Part shown: one piece after another, positions 1 through 11,932 of the stretch | Layout of the letters: the number at the start of each line of letters is the position of its first letter | Position numbering within the stretch: the first letter of the stretch is position 1 | DNA from: Dehalococcoidia bacterium | GTDB lineage: Bacteria; Chloroflexota; Dehalococcoidia; UBA2979 | DNA length: 64,000 nucleotides | Assembly: GCA_964291495.2 (NCBI GenBank) | Contig: OZ219872.1 | Coordinates: 416,001-480,000 of the forward strand | Direction: 5' to 3' | The notes under the pieces: model-generated | The model's input: the letters and a program-made list of their open reading frames with translations, nothing else | Told to the model about the DNA's origin: nothing | Database searches by the model: none | Program-made: the position numbers and the translations under genes

Positions 1-14
1 GGACGCCCTGCGGG

Positions 15-290
15 ATGACCTACTACATCACCCAGCCTTGTATCGATGTCATGGACCAGTCCTGCGTCGATGTCTGCCCGGTCGACTGCATCCACTTCGA
101 GGAGGGTGAGGACCGGATGCTCTACATCGATCCGGACGAGTGCATCGACTGCGGCGCGTGCGAGCCGGCCTGCCCGGTGAACGCGATCTACGCCGAGGAC
201 GACCTCCCGGACGACCAGTCCGCCTTCGCCGAGATCAATGTGCTCTGGTACCAGGACGCCCCCGCCGCGCGCGAGAAGGTGCCCGCCTAG
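15..290 (+). CDS. Dicluster ferredoxin (FdxA-like)
   Basis: CxxxxxxxCxxxCP and [12 protein letters not shown] Fe-S motifs; acidic, 91 aa. Confidence 0.93.
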   Translation: MTYYITQPCIDVMDQSCVDVCPVDCIHFEEGEDRMLYIDPDECIDCGACEPACPVNAIYAEDDLPDDQSAFAEINVLWYQDAPAAREKVPA

Positions 291-367
291 CACAGGTCGA
301 CGGACCGCACGCACAACGAAGCGCCGCTCTCGCGGCGCTTCTGCTTGTCTGCGGAAGCTCCCGAGCG

Positions 368-1189
368 CTACCGCGCCGGCATCGGCGAGCCCTCGAGGAT
401 CGGGATGTCGTCGTGGGCGAGCCGCTCGGCGCCCTCGCGCAGCGGGTGCGACTCGAGCCGTACGGTGCCATCGCTCTCGAGATGCACGATCAGCACGCGC
501 CCGCCGGTGTGGCCCGCGAGGCCGTCCGGCGCGCCGGAGTAGGCGGCGAGCCCCTCGCCGGCCGCGACGCGCGTCTGCTGCTCCCAGTGGCCCAGCGCGA
601 AGTAGTCGTGATCGAGCACGGAGAAGTGGTCCTCGTAGATGTGGTACGAGCTGTGGTCGGCGGACATCGGGTGCAGGAAGTGCCCGTGCCCGACGCCGAT
701 GTGCCAGTCGGCGTCGCCGCGGCGGGGCGCGTCCTCGAAGGGGCGGAAGTTCGGGTCGAGCTCGGTGTGGCTCCGGCCCCAGAGCTCGACGTTGAGATCG
801 TCGAGCATCACGGACTCGCCCTCGGGAGTGCGCATCAGGCGGAGGTTCGGCGCCAGCGAGGTGAGGTCGAGGCGGTCGTAGACGGAGCCGGGTCCGACGT
901 GGTCATGGTTGCCGGGCAGCAGCACCACGGGGCCCGGCACGCGCGCCAGCTGCTCGCCGGCGAACTGCATCGTGTCCTCCTGGACGCGGGCGTTGTCGAA
1001 GAAATCGCCCGCGATCACCATGAAGTCGACGCGCTCCGTGATCGACAGGTCGATCACCGCGCGGAAGGTGTCGTGCATCTCCTGCCGGCGCTCCAGCGTG
1101 CGCTCGGCCTTGCTGTGGTCGTAGGCCCCGAGGTGCACATCGGACGTGTGCAGGAACTTCAGCTCTTTCCTGCCCTGGTGGTCACTCAC
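368..1189 (-). CDS. Metallophosphoesterase, SbcD/Mre11-like
   Basis: Motifs [24 protein letters not shown]; GTG start at 1189 overlaps the glyQS stop. Confidence 0.85.
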   Translation of the reverse strand: MSDHQGRKELKFLHTSDVHLGAYDHSKAERTLERRQEMHDTFRAVIDLSITERVDFMVIAGDFFDNARVQEDTMQFAGEQLARVPGPVVLLPGNHDHVGPGSVYDRLDLTSLAPNLRLMRTPEGESVMLDDLNVELWGRSHTELDPNFRPFEDAPRRGDADWHIGVGHGHFLHPMSADHSSYHIYEDHFSVLDHDYFALGHWEQQTRVAAGEGLAAYSGAPDGLAGHTGGRVLIVHLESDGTVRLESHPLREGAERLAHDDIPILEGSPMPAR

Positions 1190-2559
1190 TCGTTCCCCGC
1201 CTCCCGCACTACCGGCCGCAGCGCCTCGATCCGCTCGCGCAGCGCCTCGACGACGCCGTCGAGGGGCACGCGAATCTGCGACATCGTATCGCGTTCCCGG
1301 ATAGTAACCGCATCGTCGTCCAGCGTCTCGAAGTCGACCGTCACGCACAGCGGCGTGCCGACCTCGTCCTGCCGCCGGTAGCGGCGACCAATCGACTGAG
1401 AGTCATCGTACTGGGTCCGGAAGTGCGGGCGCAGTTGCTCCCAGACGCGCCGCGCCGTCGGGACCAGCCGCTCGTTGCGCGAGAGCGGGAGCACCGCGAC
1501 CGTCGTCGGGGCCACGTCGGGCGCGAGCCGCAGTAGCACGCGCTTCTCGCCTCGCGCGTCCACTTCCTCGTCGTAGGAGTCGACCAGCAACGTGAGCATG
1601 ATGCGATCGACGCCGGCCGCCGGCTCGACGACGTGCGGGACGATGTGCTCGCCACGCTCCTGGTCGAAGTAGGTGAGCGACTTGCCCGAGGCCTGCGCGT
1701 GGGCCCCGAGGTCGAAGTCGCCGCGGTGCGCGATGCCCTCCAGCTCGCCCCAGCCCCAGGGGTAGAGGTACTCGACGTCGGAGGTGCCGCGCGAGTAGTG
1801 CGAGAGCTCCTCGGCGGTGTGGTCGCGCAACCGCAGCCGCTCCGGGCGTACGCCGAGCGACTCGTACCAGCGCAGGCGCTCCTGCTTCCAGTACTCGTGC
1901 CACTCCATCGAGTCGGCCGGATCGCAGAAGTACTCCATCTCCATCTGCTCGAACTCGAGCATCCGGAACGTGAAGTGCCCGGTGGTGATCTCGTTGCGAA
2001 AGGACTTGCCGATCTGGGCGATGCCGAAGGGCAGGCGCCGCCGCGTCGACTGCTGGACGAGCTCGAAGTTGACGAACATGCCCTGCGCCGTCTCCGGCCG
2101 CAGGTAGGCGACCGATGCGTCGTCCTGCACGGGCCCGACGAAGGTGCGGAACAGCAGGTTGAACTGCCGCTCCTCGGTGAAGCGCCCCACCTCGCCGCAG
2201 GACGGGCAGGTGTTGTCCTCGATGTGGTCCGCGCGCACGCGGGCGCGGCAGGCGAGGCAGTCGACAAGCGGGTCGGCGAAGCTGTCGACGTGGCCGGAGG
2301 CCTGCCAGACCTTCGGGTTGGTGATCATCGCCGCCTCGATGCCGACGATGTCCGTGCGCTCCTGGACCATGGAGCGCCACCAGGAGTCGCGGATGTTGCG
2401 CTTCATCTCCACGCCAAGCGGGCCGTAGTCGTAGGTGGAGGCGAAGCCGCCGTAGATCTCCGCCGAGGGGAAGACGAAGCCGCGCCGCTTGGCCAGCGAG
2501 ATCAGCGTCTCGAGCTCAACCGACGCGGCTGCGGGGGTGTCGAGAGCAGCGTCGGTCAC
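1186..2559 (-). CDS. glyQS: Glycine--tRNA ligase, alpha2 type
   Basis: [51 protein letters not shown]; start placed at GTG 2559. Confidence 0.96.
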   Translation of the reverse strand: MTDAALDTPAAASVELETLISLAKRRGFVFPSAEIYGGFASTYDYGPLGVEMKRNIRDSWWRSMVQERTDIVGIEAAMITNPKVWQASGHVDSFADPLVDCLACRARVRADHIEDNTCPSCGEVGRFTEERQFNLLFRTFVGPVQDDASVAYLRPETAQGMFVNFELVQQSTRRRLPFGIAQIGKSFRNEITTGHFTFRMLEFEQMEMEYFCDPADSMEWHEYWKQERLRWYESLGVRPERLRLRDHTAEELSHYSRGTSDVEYLYPWGWGELEGIAHRGDFDLGAHAQASGKSLTYFDQERGEHIVPHVVEPAAGVDRIMLTLLVDSYDEEVDARGEKRVLLRLAPDVAPTTVAVLPLSRNERLVPTARRVWEQLRPHFRTQYDDSQSIGRRYRRQDEVGTPLCVTVDFETLDDDAVTIRERDTMSQIRVPLDGVVEALRERIEALRPVVREAGNE

Positions 2560-2688
2560 GCGGGGGCTCCTCGTTACGTCGTGTGATGGCTGGCGCCGGT
2601 GGACGCGGGGGAGCGTAGCACCGCCCCGCACTGCCCTCAACGAAGGTCGCCGGAGCGGAGCGCAATCAGCGCAGTGGAGCGGCCGCCC

Positions 2689-2838
2689 TCATGATCGCTC
2701 TTGCTTCTCTCTCTTCCTCAGCCGGCGCGCGCGCTCACCGATCAGCCTCTGGATGTTCTTCAGGCTGAAGCCGTGCGTGCGCATCTCACGCCTCTTGCGT
2801 CGCTTCTGCTCACGCCGCTCACCCTTCGTCTGACTCAC
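2689..2838 (-). CDS. Putative 49-aa very basic small protein (absent from ORF track)
   Basis: Manual translation MSQTKGERREQKRRKRREMRTHGFSLKNIQRLIGERARRLRKREKQERS*; co-oriented with neighbours. Confidence 0.5.
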   Translation of the reverse strand: MSQTKGERREQKRRKRREMRTHGFSLKNIQRLIGERARRLRKREKQERS

Positions 2839-3100
2839 GCGCCGCCTGCGCCTTCCTCACCAGCCCGCGATCGCGCGACCCTGAGGGGTGCGTCCTCATC
2901 CGGCGAGCGTGCCGCGCCCGCGGCCAGCGGGGCGCGGTAGCGTCGCTGTTCCGCGTCATCTTCATGCAGAAACCATACGACCGAGGCCCAGGTCGGCAAA
3001 GCCGCCCGCGTCTGGAACAACCCTTGAGGGCCCGCGAGGGCCGGGCCTTGCAGCCCGGCCCCGTCCGGTTCGCGCACTCGGCGGCGCCGCGCCGGTGCGG

Positions 3101-5179
<2,079 letters not shown>

Positions 5180-5292
5180 GTCGCCCCCACTCAGTGCGTA
5201 CAGAACCCGTCAGCCGGGCATGCTCGCGCACCTACGCCGCGCGCGCCACCCTCGGGGATGTTAGCACCACTGCTGTTAATGCCCGATATCGC

Positions 5293-5970
5293 CTACGCAA
5301 TATCCGCCGGTGTGTCTCCCGCTCCCCCGCCCTCGAGGGCGTCGAGCCGGCTCGCAAGCCGCTGCTGCTGCGCCGCCAGCGTGAGATCGCCGCGCGTGCG
5401 CTCGATGATGCCGCGCGTCACGTCGGTGGCGCGCCGCAGGTTCGAGGTCATCGCGTCCGGGTAGTCGATCGTCACCAGCAGCGACTGCATCTCGTCCATC
5501 CGCTCGAGCATCGCCTCGCAACGCTCGAGGTCCTCCGCGCGCAGCGAGTCGAGCACGTGGCGGCGCAGCTCGCCGATCGCCTCGGCGATGCCGTGCAGGT
5601 AGGAGACGCCGCGCACGCCGAGCGAGTGCGGGGTGGGCAGCTCGCCGCCGGCGATCAACGCGAGCGTGATCGCCGCTTCGGCGTACTCCTTCTGCGCGTC
5701 GTGGACGAAGCCAGCGTGGGCGATCTGCGGGAAGCCCTCGGTCGCCGCTGCGGCCTCGGCGAGCGCGGATCGCGCCTCCTCGAGGAGTCGCGCCGCGGCC
5801 TCGGTGTCGCCGCGATGCACGGCGCGGATGCAGTTCGCCGAGGAGCGGACGGCGCCGCGGCAGAGCGGCAGCGCCGCCTCGCGCGCGGCGTTCGTCGCCT
5901 CGAGGTCCGTGCGGATGCCCTCGACGGCGCGCGCCAGCTCGGCGCCAAAGCCGCTGTCCAGGTCCGGCAT
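5293..5970 (-). CDS. Translin/TRAX (C3PO)-family protein
   Basis: Helical 225 aa with QKEYAEA and YLHGIAEAIGELRR motifs. Confidence 0.85.
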   Translation of the reverse strand: MPDLDSGFGAELARAVEGIRTDLEATNAAREAALPLCRGAVRSSANCIRAVHRGDTEAAARLLEEARSALAEAAAATEGFPQIAHAGFVHDAQKEYAEAAITLALIAGGELPTPHSLGVRGVSYLHGIAEAIGELRRHVLDSLRAEDLERCEAMLERMDEMQSLLVTIDYPDAMTSNLRRATDVTRGIIERTRGDLTLAAQQQRLASRLDALEGGGAGDTPADIA

Positions 5971-5975
5971 GGCGC

Positions 5976-6314
5976 TCAGGCGTCCTGCGCCGGGCCGGGC
6001 AACTCGCCCTCGCGTGCGGCGTCGATCATCTCTCGGGTCTCGTCGGGCAGATCCATCCCGTACTCCTCGAAGCGCTCTTCGACCCAGCGGCCGATCTGGC
6101 GCGGGTCACGGTACTCTCCGCCCTCGCCTGGCGCGCCGTACTCGTCGATCACGTCCTGGTCAGTCTTGAGCCGGGCCACCGAGGAGATCTGCCGCGCCGT
6201 GCGGGGGGAGCCGCAGTGCTCGCACTCCGGCGCCTCGGGGTCTTGGCGCATCGAGCGCACGAAGAGGCTGGTCAGGCCCTCGCACTCCTCGCAGCGGTAC
6301 TCGTAGATGGGCAG
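5976..6314 (-). CDS. FmdB-family zinc-ribbon protein (apparent CTG start)
   Basis: Frame extends to CTG-PIYEYRCEEC...CEHCGS, matching the MPIYEYxC family start. Confidence 0.8.
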   Translation of the reverse strand: MPIYEYRCEECEGLTSLFVRSMRQDPEAPECEHCGSPRTARQISSVARLKTDQDVIDEYGAPGEGGEYRDPRQIGRWVEERFEEYGMDLPDETREMIDAAREGELPGPAQDA

Positions 6315-6318
6315 GCGG

Positions 6319-6723
6319 CTAGTCCGGGTTCCCGCGGCTCGCCTTCGATTTCGCCTCGTTGATCTTGTGGCGGAAGGTGTAGCCCGCGTCGATCCGCTCG
6401 ACGGGGTCCTCGCCGGCCTCGGCCTGCTCGGCGAGCTCGCGGTAGTTCGAGCCCAGCACCTCGTCGTACTCGGCGCTGGCCTGGCGGGCCCACTTCGCGA
6501 AGCCGCGCTCGTCGCCGCGTTCGAGGGCGGCCTCGTGTTCGCTGAAGTCCACCTCGGCGAGGCGGTCCGCGTCAGAGCGGACGCGCGCGAACTGGGACAC
6601 CAGGCGAGTCAGCTGCGCGCCCCCGCACTCCGGGCACTTCGGCTCGCTCGTCGCCGAGACGGAGCGGAAGAAGACCTCGACGGTGTCGGCGCAGTCGGCG
6701 CAGTCGTACTGGTAGATCGGCAT
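6319..6723 (-). CDS. FmdB-family zinc-ribbon protein
   Basis: MPIYQYDCADC...CPECG; ATG at 6723 with TACACT -10 upstream. Confidence 0.88.
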   Translation of the reverse strand: MPIYQYDCADCADTVEVFFRSVSATSEPKCPECGGAQLTRLVSQFARVRSDADRLAEVDFSEHEAALERGDERGFAKWARQASAEYDEVLGSNYRELAEQAEAGEDPVERIDAGYTFRHKINEAKSKASRGNPD

Positions 6724-6784
6724 GGTGCTGAAAGTGTAGCGGCCCGCGCCGTCCTCGCAACAGCGAACGCCGCCCCGGCCGCCC

Positions 6785-7153
6785 CTACCCCTCGACCGCG
6801 CTGCGGATGTGCTCGAACGAGGCAACCGAGCCGTCCGCCGCCAGGTCGATAGCCACGAGGTCGATGCGCTGGTCTGCGGGCAGCTCGGGGTGCTCCATGC
6901 CGTAGGCGGCGGCCAGCTTGCGCAGGCGGCGCTGCTTGCGCGCGCTCAGTTGCTCGATGGCGCGTCCCGCCTGGCGCGGCCGCCGCAGCTTCACCTCCAC
7001 GAAGACGAGCGTGCCGCCCTGCAGCGCGACGAGGTCCACCTCGCCCTCGCGGCGGCGCACGTTGCGGTCGACCAGCCGGTAGCCGCGGGCCTTCAGGTAG
7101 TCGGCGGCCAGGCGCTCGCCGGAGCGTCCGAGGCGGTCGGTCGGCCTCGTCAC
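6785..7153 (-). CDS. yraN: YraN/UPF0102 family endonuclease-like protein
   Basis: GRSGERLAADYL, GEVDLVA, LVFVEVK, RIDLVAI; GTG overlaps the rnhB stop. Confidence 0.9.
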   Translation of the reverse strand: MTRPTDRLGRSGERLAADYLKARGYRLVDRNVRRREGEVDLVALQGGTLVFVEVKLRRPRQAGRAIEQLSARKQRRLRKLAAAYGMEHPELPADQRIDLVAIDLAADGSVASFEHIRSAVEG

Positions 7154-7809
7154 GGACGCTGGCGGCTCTCCAGCGCCTCGCGCACCGGCGCGAAGAGCAG
7201 GCGGTGCACGCTCGAGTGGCCGAGGCGGCGCAGCGCCTCGCGGTGCTCGGCGGTGGCGTAGCCCTTGTTGCGCGCGAACCCGTAGCCGGGGAAGCGCCGC
7301 TCCAGCTCGTCCATCATGCGGTCGCGCGCGACCTTCGCGACGATGCTCGCCGCGGCCACCGAGGGGCAGAGCGCGTCGCCGTCGATCACCGCGTGCTGCC
7401 GCGTCTTGCACTCGACGACCTCGCGTCCGTCGACGATCAGCGCGTCCGGGGGGTTGTCGAGTTGCTCGACGGCGCGGCGCATCGCGAGCCGCGTCGCGGC
7501 CGTCATGCCGAGCTGGTCGATGACGTGCGAGGAGACGACGCCGATGCCGTAGTCGCAGTGGCGGCGAATCCGGGCGGCGAGCTCCTCGCGGGCGGCAGCG
7601 TCGAGTTGCTTGGAGTCGCGCAGCCGCCGGACCCAGCCGGCGCGCGAGTAGCGCAGCACCACGGCGCCGGCGACGACCGGCCCGGCGAGCGGCCCGCGGC
7701 CGACCTCGTCCACGCCGGCGACGCGCTCGCAGCCCTCGCGCCAGAGGGCGTTCTCCACCTGCCACGTAGGCTTCGAGGTGCGGCGCGGTCGTTCGAGTAC
7801 GGCAACCAC
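7150..7809 (-). CDS. rnhB: Ribonuclease HII
   Basis: [33 protein letters not shown]. Confidence 0.96.
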   Translation of the reverse strand: MVAVLERPRRTSKPTWQVENALWREGCERVAGVDEVGRGPLAGPVVAGAVVLRYSRAGWVRRLRDSKQLDAAAREELAARIRRHCDYGIGVVSSHVIDQLGMTAATRLAMRRAVEQLDNPPDALIVDGREVVECKTRQHAVIDGDALCPSVAAASIVAKVARDRMMDELERRFPGYGFARNKGYATAEHREALRRLGHSSVHRLLFAPVREALESRQRP

Positions 7810-8003
7810 GGCCGCATGCTAGGCGCGACGATACCGATCAGGCAAGTGATCCGTTGTGCGGGCCGCCGCGTGCCGCGCCGCCTCGCGGCCCACCGGGGCG
7901 CGAAGCGGGCCCGGTGATACACTGGATCCGGCGCTCACGCGGGCGAGGCCTGCGAGTCCCTCGGGGCGGCCCAGCCTGAGCGCGAGGGAGCGTCCCGGAT
8001 CAG

Positions 8004-9974
8004 ATGAAATCCCGCTGGATGCGCAACTCCTTCATCTACCTGATCATCCTCGGCGCGGTCGTCCTGGCCGTCGTGATGTTCCTGCGCCCCTCCTCCAACT
8101 CGCGCGAGATCCCGCTCTCCGACGTGATCGCGCAGGCGCAGGCCGGCAACGTCGTCTCGATCAAGGCCTCGGGCGACACGCTCGAGGTGCAGTTGCGCGG
8201 CGAGCGCGAGCCGCTCAGCTCGCGCAAGGAGGAGTCCGCCTCGATCGTCGAGATCCTGCGTGAGAGCGGCGTCCCCGTGACCGGCGAGGGCGCGGTCGAG
8301 ATCGAGGTCAGCGGGCCCAGCCAGTTCGGCAATATCTTCGGGCTGTTCTTCAACTTCCTGCCGCTGATCCTGTTCGGCGGGATCCTGATCTTCATGATGC
8401 GCCAGGCGCAGGGCTCCAACTCGCAGGCAATGTCCTTCGGGCGCAGCCGCGCGAGGATGTTCACCGGCCAGAAGCCGACCGTCACCTTCCTCGATGTCGC
8501 GGGGCAGGACGAGGCGAAGCAGGAGCTCGCCGAGATCGTCGAGTTCCTCAAATTCCCGGAGAAGTTCGCCGCCCTCGGGGCGCGGATCCCGCACGGCGTG
8601 CTGCTGGTCGGCTCGCCCGGCACGGGCAAGACGCTGCTCGCGCGCGCCGTCTCCGGTGAGGCGGGCGTGCCGTTCTTCTCGATCTCCGGCTCCGAGTTCG
8701 TCGAGATGTTCGTCGGCGTCGGGGCCAGCCGCGTGCGCGACCTGTTCGAGCAGGCCAAGCGCAACTCCCCCGCGATCGTCTTCGTCGACGAGATCGACGC
8801 GGTCGGGCGGCAGCGCGGGGCGGGCCTCGGCGGCTCGCACGACGAGCGCGAGCAGACCCTGAACCAGATCCTGGTCGAGATGGACGGCTTCGACTCCAGC
8901 TCGAACGTGATCGTCGTCGCGGCCACGAACCGCCCGGACATCCTCGACCCGGCGCTGCTGCGCCCCGGCCGCTTCGACCGCCAGGTGACGCTCGACCTGC
9001 CCGACGTGAAGGGCCGCCGCGCGGTGCTCGACGTGCACGTCAAGGGCAAGCCGCTCGACACCGACGTCGACCTCGAGACGGTCGCGAAGCAGACGCCGGG
9101 GTTCTCCGGCGCGGACCTCTCCAACCTCGTCAACGAGGGCGCGATCCTCGCGGCGCGGCGCAACAAGAAGCGGATCGGGATGCCCGACCTCAACGAGGCG
9201 GTGGACCGCGTGATCGCCGGCCCGGAGCGCAAGTCGCGCGTGATCACGCCGCAGGAGAAACGGATCATCGCCTACCACGAGGGCGGGCACGCCGTGGCCG
9301 GGCACTTCCTCCCGAAGGCGGACCCGGTCTTCAAGGTCACGATCGTCGCGCGCGGCATGGCCGGCGGGTACACCCGCTCGATGCCCTCGGACGACCGCCG
9401 CCTGCAGGACCGCTCCTACTACGAGGCGATGATGGCGCAGGCGCTCGGCGGCCACGTCGCCGAGGAGATGATCTTCGGCGAGCCGACCACGGGCGCGCAC
9501 GACGACATCGGCAAGGTCACGCACATCGCCCGCGAGATGGTCACGCAGTGGGGCATGAGCGAGCGGCTCGGTCCCCGCACCTTCGGCCGCCGCGACTCGA
9601 TGGTCTTCCTCGGGCGCGACATCGCCGAGCAGCGCGACTACTCCGAGCGCACCGCCGAGGAGATCGACGAGGAGGTGCGCCGCATCGTCGAGGAGGCGCA
9701 TGAGCGCTGCCGCGAGGTGCTGCGCGAGCACCGCGGCAAGCTCGACGAGCTGGCAGAGGCGCTGATCGAGCTCGAGACGATCGAGGGCGACGACCTGCAG
9801 CGCCTGCTCGGCCCGGCCGAGGGCCGCGAGCCGCCGCCCGAGCCGGCCCCGCCCCCGCCCGAGGACGCTCCGGGCGCCGAAGCCGGCGAAGACCTCGAAA
9901 CCGAGCCGCCGGTGGGCCGGCCCGGTCTGGCCTGGGGCCAATCCAGCGCCGCGCCGCCGTCGGGCGGCGGATAG
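8004..9974 (+). CDS. ftsH: ATP-dependent zinc metalloprotease FtsH
   Basis: Two TM helices, [27 protein letters not shown]. Confidence 0.98.
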   Translation: MKSRWMRNSFIYLIILGAVVLAVVMFLRPSSNSREIPLSDVIAQAQAGNVVSIKASGDTLEVQLRGEREPLSSRKEESASIVEILRESGVPVTGEGAVEIEVSGPSQFGNIFGLFFNFLPLILFGGILIFMMRQAQGSNSQAMSFGRSRARMFTGQKPTVTFLDVAGQDEAKQELAEIVEFLKFPEKFAALGARIPHGVLLVGSPGTGKTLLARAVSGEAGVPFFSISGSEFVEMFVGVGASRVRDLFEQAKRNSPAIVFVDEIDAVGRQRGAGLGGSHDEREQTLNQILVEMDGFDSSSNVIVVAATNRPDILDPALLRPGRFDRQVTLDLPDVKGRRAVLDVHVKGKPLDTDVDLETVAKQTPGFSGADLSNLVNEGAILAARRNKKRIGMPDLNEAVDRVIAGPERKSRVITPQEKRIIAYHEGGHAVAGHFLPKADPVFKVTIVARGMAGGYTRSMPSDDRRLQDRSYYEAMMAQALGGHVAEEMIFGEPTTGAHDDIGKVTHIAREMVTQWGMSERLGPRTFGRRDSMVFLGRDIAEQRDYSERTAEEIDEEVRRIVEEAHERCREVLREHRGKLDELAEALIELETIEGDDLQRLLGPAEGREPPPEPAPPPPEDAPGAEAGEDLETEPPVGRPGLAWGQSSAAPPSGGG

Positions 9975-10036
9975 CCGCCACCCGACCACACGTCCCGACC
10001 TGTCGAGGTGTCGCGCCGCTGAGCTGGCGCGCGCCC

Positions 10037-10753
10037 TTACGCCTCGGCGGACGGCTCCGCGGCGGCCTCGATCGACGACTGCTCTTCCTCTTCTTGCATC
10101 GCGTTGCGATAGCTCTTGATGAACTCGCGCTGGGCGAGGACGAACCAGATCGCGGCGCCGAGGCCGAGGCCGATGCGCAGCGCGGGGTGCTCGTCGAGCT
10201 TGCCCTCGGGGGTGAGCACGGCCTGCCCGAGAATCCAGCCGGCGCCGACCCAGACCGAGTTGGTCAGGATCGCGCCGAGGTAATCGAGGGGCATCCAGAC
10301 ACGCAGCGGCATGCGAATCGCGCCCGCTCCGAACGGCCCCAGCGTCCGCGTCCAGCTGTTGAGGTGATAGAAGGGGATTAGCCAGAGCGTCTTGCCCCCG
10401 ACGATCATCTTCCCGATCCGCAGCTGCGGGCCGAACCGCGAGCGCTCGAGCCGGCCTCCGCCCCAGCGCCCGAGCGCGTAGGACAGCGTGTCGCCGAGGA
10501 TCGTGCCGAGGAAGGCGAGCGCGAAGATCATGCCGATTGGCGTGCCCTGGTCGTCCGCGAAGGCGCCTCCGAGGAACATCATGATCACGCCGGGGTAGAT
10601 CAGGCCGAGACCGACCGTCGCCTCGATCAGCGCCGAGGCGAAGACAACCGGCGCGCCGAAGCGATCGAACAGGTCGTTCGCGATCAGGAACATCTGGTCC
10701 GCGACCCAGTTGAGGGCGTCGTAGGGCGCGGTGATGATGTCGAGGAACTCCAC
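10037..10753 (-). CDS. DedA family membrane protein
   Basis: E-x-x-x-GLGLIYPG, LGDTLSYALGRWGG, PFGAGAIRMP. Confidence 0.85.
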   Translation of the reverse strand: MEFLDIITAPYDALNWVADQMFLIANDLFDRFGAPVVFASALIEATVGLGLIYPGVIMMFLGGAFADDQGTPIGMIFALAFLGTILGDTLSYALGRWGGGRLERSRFGPQLRIGKMIVGGKTLWLIPFYHLNSWTRTLGPFGAGAIRMPLRVWMPLDYLGAILTNSVWVGAGWILGQAVLTPEGKLDEHPALRIGLGLGAAIWFVLAQREFIKSYRNAMQEEEEQSSIEAAAEPSAEA

Positions 10754-10792
10754 CGCGGACCTCCGCCGGCGGCATCCGGCGGTGCGCCTTCA

Positions 10793-10822
10793 TTGACGCT
10801 CCGCGCCGGGCCTGCCTAGGAT
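10793..10822 (+). promoter_or_regulatory. Sigma70-type promoter of rplU-rpmA-rpmE2
   Basis: TTGACG-N18-TAGGAT. Confidence 0.65.
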
Positions 10823-10895
10823 CGTAACGGTCGCGCCTGCGATCACTACACGCCAGCGGCGCACCACCAGCATCGACCAGCCGGAGTACGACGCC

Positions 10896-11216
10896 ATCTC
10901 CTACGCAATCATCCGCACTGGCGGGAAGCAATACCGCGTGCGCGAGGGCGACCAGCTCGCCGTCGAGCGGCTCGATGTGCCCGAGGGCGCCGAGGTCGAG
11001 TTTGACGACGTGCTGCTCGTCTCGGACGGCGAGGACGTGACGGTTGGCGATCCGACCGTCGAGGGCGCCTCGGTGGCCGCGCGCATCGACGAGCACACGC
11101 GCGACAAGAAGGTGCTGGTCTTCAAGTACAAGAACAAGACACGGCGGCGCGTGTTGCGCGGGCATCGCCAGCAGCGCACGCGCATCACGATCACCGGCAT
11201 CAGCGCCGGGGCGTAG
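10896..11216 (+). CDS. rplU: 50S ribosomal protein bL21 (apparent ATC start)
   Basis: [17 protein letters not shown]...VFKYKNKT...GHRQ; no in-frame ATG/GTG/TTG upstream of YAII. Confidence 0.95.
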   Translation: MSYAIIRTGGKQYRVREGDQLAVERLDVPEGAEVEFDDVLLVSDGEDVTVGDPTVEGASVAARIDEHTRDKKVLVFKYKNKTRRRVLRGHRQQRTRITITGISAGA

Positions 11217-11236
11217 CGGGAAGCGGGGTCGAGGCG

Positions 11237-11506
11237 ATGGCGCACAAGAAGTCCGGCGGATCCAGCCGCAACGGCCGCGACTCCAACGCCCAGCGCCTGG
11301 GCGTGAAGCGCTTCGACGGCCAGTTCGTCACCGCGGGTTCGATCATCGTGCGCCAGCGCGGCACGCGCTTCCACGCCGGTCCGCACGTCGGCATCGGCCG
11401 CGATCACACGCTCTGGGCGCAGGTCGACGGGACCGTCAAGTTCAGCCCCTACGCCAAGGGGCGGCGCAAGCAGGTCTCGATCCTGCCCGTGCCGGCCGAG
11501 GGGTAG
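11237..11506 (+). CDS. rpmA: 50S ribosomal protein bL27
   Basis: [16 protein letters not shown]...IIVRQRGT. Confidence 0.98.
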   Translation: MAHKKSGGSSRNGRDSNAQRLGVKRFDGQFVTAGSIIVRQRGTRFHAGPHVGIGRDHTLWAQVDGTVKFSPYAKGRRKQVSILPVPAEG

Positions 11507-11513
11507 CGCGCGC

Positions 11514-11768
11514 ATGAAGGACGGCATCCACCCCGACTACGACTACGTCTGCTTCGTCGACATCTCCACCGGCGAGGAGTACCTGACGCGCTCCACCATG
11601 ACCTCCGAGGAGCGGCGCGAGGTGAACGGCGTCGAGGCGTACATCGTGCGCGTCGACATCAGCGCCAGCTCGCACCCGTTCTTCACGGGCGAGCAGCGCA
11701 TCGTCGACACCGCCGGCCAGGTCGAGCGCTTCCGCCGTCGCTACGCGCGCACGCAGCAGAGCGAGTAG
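11514..11768 (+). CDS. rpmE2: 50S ribosomal protein bL31 type B (no Zn ribbon)
   Basis: MKDGIHPDY...DISASSHPFFTG...VERFRRRY; no CxxC pairs. Confidence 0.93.
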   Translation: MKDGIHPDYDYVCFVDISTGEEYLTRSTMTSEERREVNGVEAYIVRVDISASSHPFFTGEQRIVDTAGQVERFRRRYARTQQSE

Positions 11769-11832
11769 CGCGACCCCCGCGACCCATCTTCCTGGGATAG
11801 GGCTCCCTCCGCGGCGCGGTGGGTTGGCGTGC

Positions 11833-11860
11833 CTGGATTCCGGCTTTCGCCGGAATGACG
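11833..11860. repeat. GTCATTCC-type palindromic REP-like element
   Basis: ATTCCGGC-TTTC-GCCGGAAT perfect hairpin; minus strand reads CGTCATTCCGGCGAAAGCCGGAATCCAG. Confidence 0.65.
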
Positions 11861-11932
11861 GAAAGGGGGGCCGGACGGGGAACGCTGCACACGCCTGCGG
11901 ACCGTTCCGCTCGCGCGTCGTAGGCTGAGCGC

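Noticed and set aside
2835-3077. 80-aa minus ORF overlapping the small basic ORF
   Set aside because: No motif or clear RBS; cannot be supported
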